Shown here one piece after another: positions 57,701 to 64,000 of a stretch of DNA of 64,000 bases. The first letter of the stretch is position 1, and each line of letters begins with the position of its first letter. The notes beneath the pieces are model-generated. The model was not told the DNA's origin and ran no database searches. It saw only the letters and a program-made list of their open reading frames with translations. A program made the translations under genes and the position numbers. Source of the DNA: the human T2T-CHM13v2.0 reference genome, Homo sapiens. The DNA is taken from assembly GCF_009914755.1 (NCBI RefSeq), contig NC_060940.1. The stretch is one strand, 5' to 3'.

Positions 57701-60700
57701 TGTATGCAACTCACAGAGTTCAACCTTCCTTTAGAGAGAGCAGATTTGAAACACTCTTTTTGTGGAATTTGCAAGTGGAGATCTCTAGCGCTTCGATGCC
57801 AATGGTAGAAAAGGAAATATCTTCGTATAAAAACAAGACAAACTCGTTCCAAGAAACTGCGTAGTGATGTGTGTGTTTAACTCACAGACTTTAACGTTTC
57901 TTTTCATACAGAATTCTGGAAACCCTCTGTTTGTAAAGTCTGCAAGTGGATATTTGGACCTCTTAGATGCCTTCGTTGGAAACGGGATTTCGTCATATAA
58001 TAGTAGAGGGAAGAATTCTTAGTAACTTCTTTGTGTTGTGTGTATTCAACTGACAGAGTTGAACCTTCCTTTAGACAGAGCAGATTTCAAAGTCTCTTTT
58101 TGTGGAATTTGCAAGTGGAGATTTCAAGCGCTTTGAGGCCAAAAGCAGAAAAGGAAATATTTTCCTATAAAAACTAGACAGAATCATTCTCAGAAACTGC
58201 TCTGTGATGTGTGCGTTCAACTCACAGAGTTTAACTTTTCTTTTCATTCAGCAGTTTGGAAACACTCTGTTTGTAAAGTCTGCCGTGGATATTTTGACCT
58301 CTTTGAGGCCTTCGTTGGAAACGGGTTTTTTTCATGTAAGGCTAGACAGAGGAAATCTCAGTAACTTCCTTGTGTTGTGTGTATTCAACTGACAAGGTTG
58401 AACCTTCCTTTAGACAGAGCAGATTCGAAACACTCTTTTTCTGCAATTTGCAAGTGGAGACTTCAAGCGCTTTGAGGCCAAAGGCAGAAAAGGAAATATC
58501 TTCGTATAAAAACCCGACAGAATCATTCTCAGAAACTGCTCTGTGATGTGTGCGTTCAACACACAGAGTTTAACTTTTCTTTTCATTCAGCAGTTTGGAA
58601 ACACTCTGTTTGTAAAGTCTGCAAGGGGATATATTGGCCTCTTAGAGGCCTTCGTTGGAAACGGGTTTTTTTCATGTAAGGTTAGACAGAGGAATTCCCA
58701 GTAACTTCCTTGTGTTGTGTGCATTCAACTCACAGAGTTGAATGATTCTTTACACAGAGCAGATTGGAGACACTCTTTTGGTGGAATTTGTAAGTGGAGA
58801 ATTCAGCCGCTTTGAGATCAATGGTAGAAAAGGAAATATCTTCGTATAAAAACTAGACACAATGATTCTCAGAAACTGTTTTGTGATGTGTGCGTTCAAC
58901 TCACAGAGTTTAACCTTCCTTTTCAAAGAGCAGTTAGGAAACACTCTGTTTGTAAAGTCTGCAAGTGGATATTCAGACCTCTTTGAGGCCTTCGTTGGAA
59001 ACGTGATTTCTTCATATTATGCTAGACAGATGAATTCTCAGTAACTTCCTTGTGTTGTGTGTATTCAACTCACAGAGTTGAACGATCCTTTACACAGAGC
59101 AGATTTGAAACACTGTTTTTCTGGAATTTGCAAGTGGAGATTTCAGCCGCTTTGAGGTCAATGGTAGAAAAAGAAATATCTTCGTATAAAAACTAGACAG
59201 AATGATTCTCAGAAACTCCTTTGTGATGTGTGCGTTCAACTCACAGAGTTTAACCTTTCTTTTCACAGAGCAGTTAGGAAACACTCTGTTTGTGAAGCCT
59301 GCCAGTGGATATTCGGACCTCTTTGAGGCCTTCGTTGGAAACGGGATTTCTTCATATTATGCTAGACAGAAGATTTCTCAGTAACTTCTTTGTGTTGTGT
59401 GTATGCAACTCACAGAGTTCAACCTTCCTTTAGACAGAGCAGATTTGAAACACTCTTTTTGTGGAATTTGCAAGTGGAGATTTCAAGCGCTTCGATGCCA
59501 ATGGTAGAAAAGGAAATATCTTCGTATAAAAACAACACAAACTCGTTCCCAGACACTGCGTAGTGATGTGTGTGTTTAACTCACAGAGTTTAACCTTTCT
59601 TTTCATACAGCATTCTGGAAACCCTCTGTTTGTAAAGTCTGCAAGTGGATATTTGGACCTCTTCGATGCCTTCGTTGGAAACGGGATTTCTTCATATAAT
59701 GCTAGAGGGAAGAATTCTTAGTAACTTCTTTGTGTTGTGTGTATTCAACTGACAGAGTTGAACCTTCCTTTAGACAGAGCAGATTTGAAAGTCTCTTTTT
59801 GTGGAATTTGCAAGTGGAGATTTCAAGCGCTTTGAGGCCAAAAGCAGAAAAGGAAATATTTTCCTATAAAAACTAGACAGAATCATTCTCAGAAACTGCT
59901 CTGTGATGTGTGTGTTCAACTCACAGAGTTTAACTTTCTTTTCATTCAGCAGTTTGGAAACACTCTGTTTGGAAAGTCTGCACGTGGATATTTTGACCTC
60001 TTTGAGGCCTTCGTTGGAAACGGGTTTTTTCATGTAAGGCTAGACAGAAGAAATCTCAGTAACTTCCTTGTGTTGTGTGTATTCAACTGACAGAGTTGAA
60101 CCTTCCTTTAGACAGAGCAGATTCGAAACACTCTTTTTCTGCAATTTGCAAGTGGAGACTTCAAGCGCTTTGAGGCCAAAGGCAGAAAAGGAAATATCTT
60201 CGTATAAAAACCCGACAGAATCATTCTCAGAAACTGCTCTGTGATGTGTGCGTTCAACTCACAGAGTTTAACTTTTCTTTTCATTCAGCAGTTTGGAAAC
60301 ACTCTGTTTGTAAAGTCTGCAAGTGGATATCTTGGCCTCTTAGAGGCCTTCGTTGGAAACGGGTTTTTTCATGTAAGGTTAGACAGAGGAATTCCCAGTA
60401 ACTTCCTTGTGTTGTGTGCATTCAACTCACAGAGTTGAATGATTCTTTACACAGAGCAGATTTGAGACACTCTTTTGGTGGAATTTGTTAGTGGAGAATT
60501 CAGCCGCTTTGAGGTCAATGGTAGAAAAGGAAATATCTTCGTATAAAAACTAGACAGAATGATTCTCAGAAACTGTTTTGTGATGTGTGCGTTCAACTCA
60601 CAGAGTTTAACCTTTCTTTTCAAAGAGCAGTTAGGAAACACTCTGTTTGTAAAGTCTGCAAGCGGATATTCAGACCTCTTTGAGACCTTCGTTGGAAACG

Positions 60701-63700
60701 GGATTTCTTCATATTATGCTAGACAGATGAATTCTCAGTAACTTCCTTGTGTTGTGTGTATTCAACTCACAGAGTTGAACGATCCTTTACACAGAGCAGA
60801 TTTGAAACACTGTTTTTCTGGAATTTGCAAGTGGAGATTTCAGCCGCTTTGAGGTCAATGGTAGAAAAGGAAATATCTTCGTATAAAAACTAGACAGAAT
60901 GATTCTCAGAAACTCCTTTGTGATGTGTGCGTTCAACTCACAGTGTTTAACCTTTCTTTTCACAGAGCAGTTAGGAAACACTCTGTTTGTGAAGCCTGCC
61001 AGTGGATATTCGGACCTCTTTGAGGCCTTCGTTGGAAACGGGATTTCTTCATATTATGCTAGACAGAAGATTTCTCAGTAACTTCTTTGTGTTGTGTGTA
61101 TGCAACTCACAGAGTTCAACCTTCCTTTAGACAGAGCAGATTTGAAACACTCTTTTTGTGGAATTTGCAAGTGGAGATTTCAAGCGCTTCGATGCCAATG
61201 GTAGAAAAGGAAATATCTTCGTATAAAAACAAGACAAACTCGTTCCCAGACACTGCGTAGTGATGTGTGTGTTTAACTCACAGAGTTTAACCTTTCTTTT
61301 CATACAGCATTCTGGAAACCCTCTGTTTGTAAAGTCTGCAAGTGGATATTTGGACCTCTTAGATGCCTTCGTTGGAAACGGGATTTCTTCATATAATGCT
61401 AGAGGGAAGAATTCTTAGTAACTTCTTTGTGTTGTGTGTATTCAACTGACAGAGTTGAACCTTCCTTTAGACAGAGCAGATTTGAAAGTCTCTTTTTGTG
61501 GAATTTGCAAGTGGAGATTTCAAGCGCTTTGAGGCCAAAAGCAGAAAAGGAAATATTTTCCTATAAAAACTAGACAGAATCATTCTCAGAAACTGCTCTG
61601 TGATGTGTGTGTTCAACTCACAGAGTTTAACTTTCTTTTCATTCAGCAGTTTGGAAACACTCTGTTTGGAAAGTCTGCACGTGGATATTTTGACCTCTTT
61701 GAGGCCTTCGTTGGAAACGGGTTTTTTTCATGTAAGGCTAGACAGAAGAAAAATCAGTAACTTCCTTGTGTTGTGTGTATTCAACTGACAGAGTTGAACC
61801 TTCCTTTAGACAGAGCAGATTCGAAACACTCTTTTTCTGCAATTTGCAAGTGGAGACTTCAAGCGCTTTGAGGCCAAAGGCAGAAAAGGAAATATCTTCG
61901 TATAAAAACCCGACAGAATCATTCTCAGAAACTGCTCTGTGATATGTGCGTTCAACTCACAGAGTTTAACTTTTCTTTTCATTCAGCAGTTTGGAAACAC
62001 TCTGTTTGTAAAGTCTGCAAGTGGATATCTTGGCCTCTTAGAGGCCTTCGTTGGAAACGGGTTTTTTCATGTAAGGTTAGACAGAGGAATTCCCAGTAAC
62101 TTCCTTGTGTTGTGTGCATTCAACTCACAGAGTTGAATGATTCTTTACACAGAGCAGATTTGAGACACTCTTTTGGTGGAATTTGTTAGTGGAGAATTCA
62201 GCCGCTTTGAGGTCAACGGTAGAAAAGGAAATATCTTCGTATAAAAACTAGACAGAATGATTCTCAGAAACTGTTTTGTGATGTGTGCGTTCAACTCACA
62301 GAGTTTAACCTTTCTTTTCAAAGAGCAGTTAGGAAACACTCTGTTTGTAAAGTCTGCAAGTGGATATTCAGACCTCTTTGAGGCCTTCGTTGGAAACGGG
62401 ATTTCTTCATATTATGCTAGACAGATGAATTCTCAGTAACTTCCTTGTGTTGTGTGTATTCAACTCACAGAGTTGAACGATCCTTTACACAGAGCAGATT
62501 TGAAACACTGTTTTTCTGGAATTTGCAAGTGGAGATTTCAGCCGCTTTGAGGTCAATGGTAGAAAAGGAAATATCTTCGTATAAAAACTAGACAGAATGA
62601 TTCTCAGAAACTCCTTTGTGATGTGTGCGTTCAACTCACAGAGTTTAACCTTTCTTTTCACAGAGCAGTTAGGAAACACTCTGTTTGTGAAGCCTGCCAG
62701 TGGATATTCGGACCTCTTTGAGGCCTTCGTTGGAAACGGGATTTCTTCATATTATGCTAGACAGAAGATTTCTCAGTAACTTCTTTGTGTTGTGTGTATG
62801 CAACTCACAGAGTTCAACCTTCCTTTAGACAGAGCAGATTTGAAACACTCTTTTTGTGGAATTTGCAAGTGGAGATTTCAAGCGCTTCGATGCCAATGGT
62901 AGAAAAGGAAATATCTTCGTATAAAAACAGGACAAACTCGTTCCCAGACACTGCGTAGTGATGTGTGTGTTTAACTCACAGAGTTTCACCTTTCTTTTCA
63001 TACAGCATTCTGGAAACCCTCTGTTTGTAAAGTCTGCAAGTGGATATTTGGACCTCTTAGATGCCTTCGTTGCAAACGGGATTTCTTCATATAATGCTAG
63101 AGGGAAGAATTCTTAGTAACTTCTTTGTGTTGTGTGTATTCAACTGACAGAGTTGAACCTTCCTTTAGACAGAGCAGATTTGAAAGTCTCTTTTTGTGGA
63201 ATTTGCAAGTGGAGATTTCAAGCGCTTTGAGGCCAAAAGCAGAAAAGGAAATATTTTCCTATAAAAACTAGACAGAATCTTTCTCAGAAACTGCTCTGGG
63301 ATGTGTGCGTTCAACTCACAGAGTTTAACTTTTCTTTTCATTCAGCAGTTTGGAAACACTCTGTTTGGAAAGTCTGCACGTGGATATTTTGACCTCTTTG
63401 AGGCCTTCGTTGGAAACGGGTTTTTTTCATGTAACGCTAGACAGAAGAAATCTCAGTAACTTCCTTGTGTTGTGTGTATTCAACTGACAGAGTTGAACCT
63501 TCCTTTAGACAGAGCAGATTCGAAACACTCTTTTTCTGCAATTTGCAAGTGGAGACTTCAAGCGCTTTGAGGCCAAAGGCAGAAAAGGAAATATCTTCGT
63601 ATAAAAACCCGACAGAATCATTCTCAGAAACTGCTCTGTGATGTGTGCGTTCAACTCACAGAGTTTAACTTTTCTTTTCATTCAGCAGTTTGGAAACACT

Positions 63701-64000
63701 CTGTTTGTAAAGTCTGCAAGTGGATATCTTGGCCTCTTAGAGGCCTTCGTTGGAAACGGGTTTTTTCATGTAAGGTTAGACAGAGGAATTCCCAGTAACT
63801 TCCTTGTGTTGTGTGCATTCAACTCACAGAGTTGAATGATTCTTTACACAGAGCAGATTTGAGACACTCTTTTGGTGGAATTTGTAAGTGGAGAATTCAG
63901 CCGCTTTGAGGTCAACGGTAGAAAAGGAAATATCTTCGTATAAAAACTAGACAGAATGATTCTCAGAAACTGTTTTGTGATGTGTGCGTTCAACTCACAG
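48718..64000 (+). repeat. SF1 10-monomer HOR (~1.70 kb), right of L1; continues past the window
   Basis: Marker ORF ends at 49782, 52495, 55888, 58944, 60641 and 62339; the last copies are spaced 1697-1698 and look near-identical. Confidence 0.9.

Overview
Primate centromeric alpha-satellite window, almost certainly human because it carries an L1HS-Ta element, and most consistent with the edge of the chr16 centromere. From 1 to 12279 there is a ~2.04-kb 12-monomer higher-order repeat (HOR) of SF2-like dimeric type. It is interrupted by a 3.05-kb minus-strand processed copy of BCLAF1 with an uninterrupted 869-aa ORF, 5' and 3' UTRs, a poly(A) tail and a 13-bp target-site duplication (TSD). An abrupt, out-of-register junction at ~12280 leads into a divergent SF1 transition layer (~12.3-18.5 kb), then a ~1.70-kb 10-monomer SF1 HOR (D16Z2-like) that runs to the window end with 6-, 8- and 12-mer variants and local sub-haplotypes. 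This array is interrupted by a 5'-truncated 4.5-kb L1HS Ta-0 with an intact 1275-aa ORF2 and a small target-site deletion instead of a TSD. The most notable object is the intact BCLAF1 retrocopy inside the HOR: its substitutions match, from my recollection, catalogued BCLAF1 'polymorphisms'. I found no wholly new biological system. Array and locus names are from recall, not from a database search.
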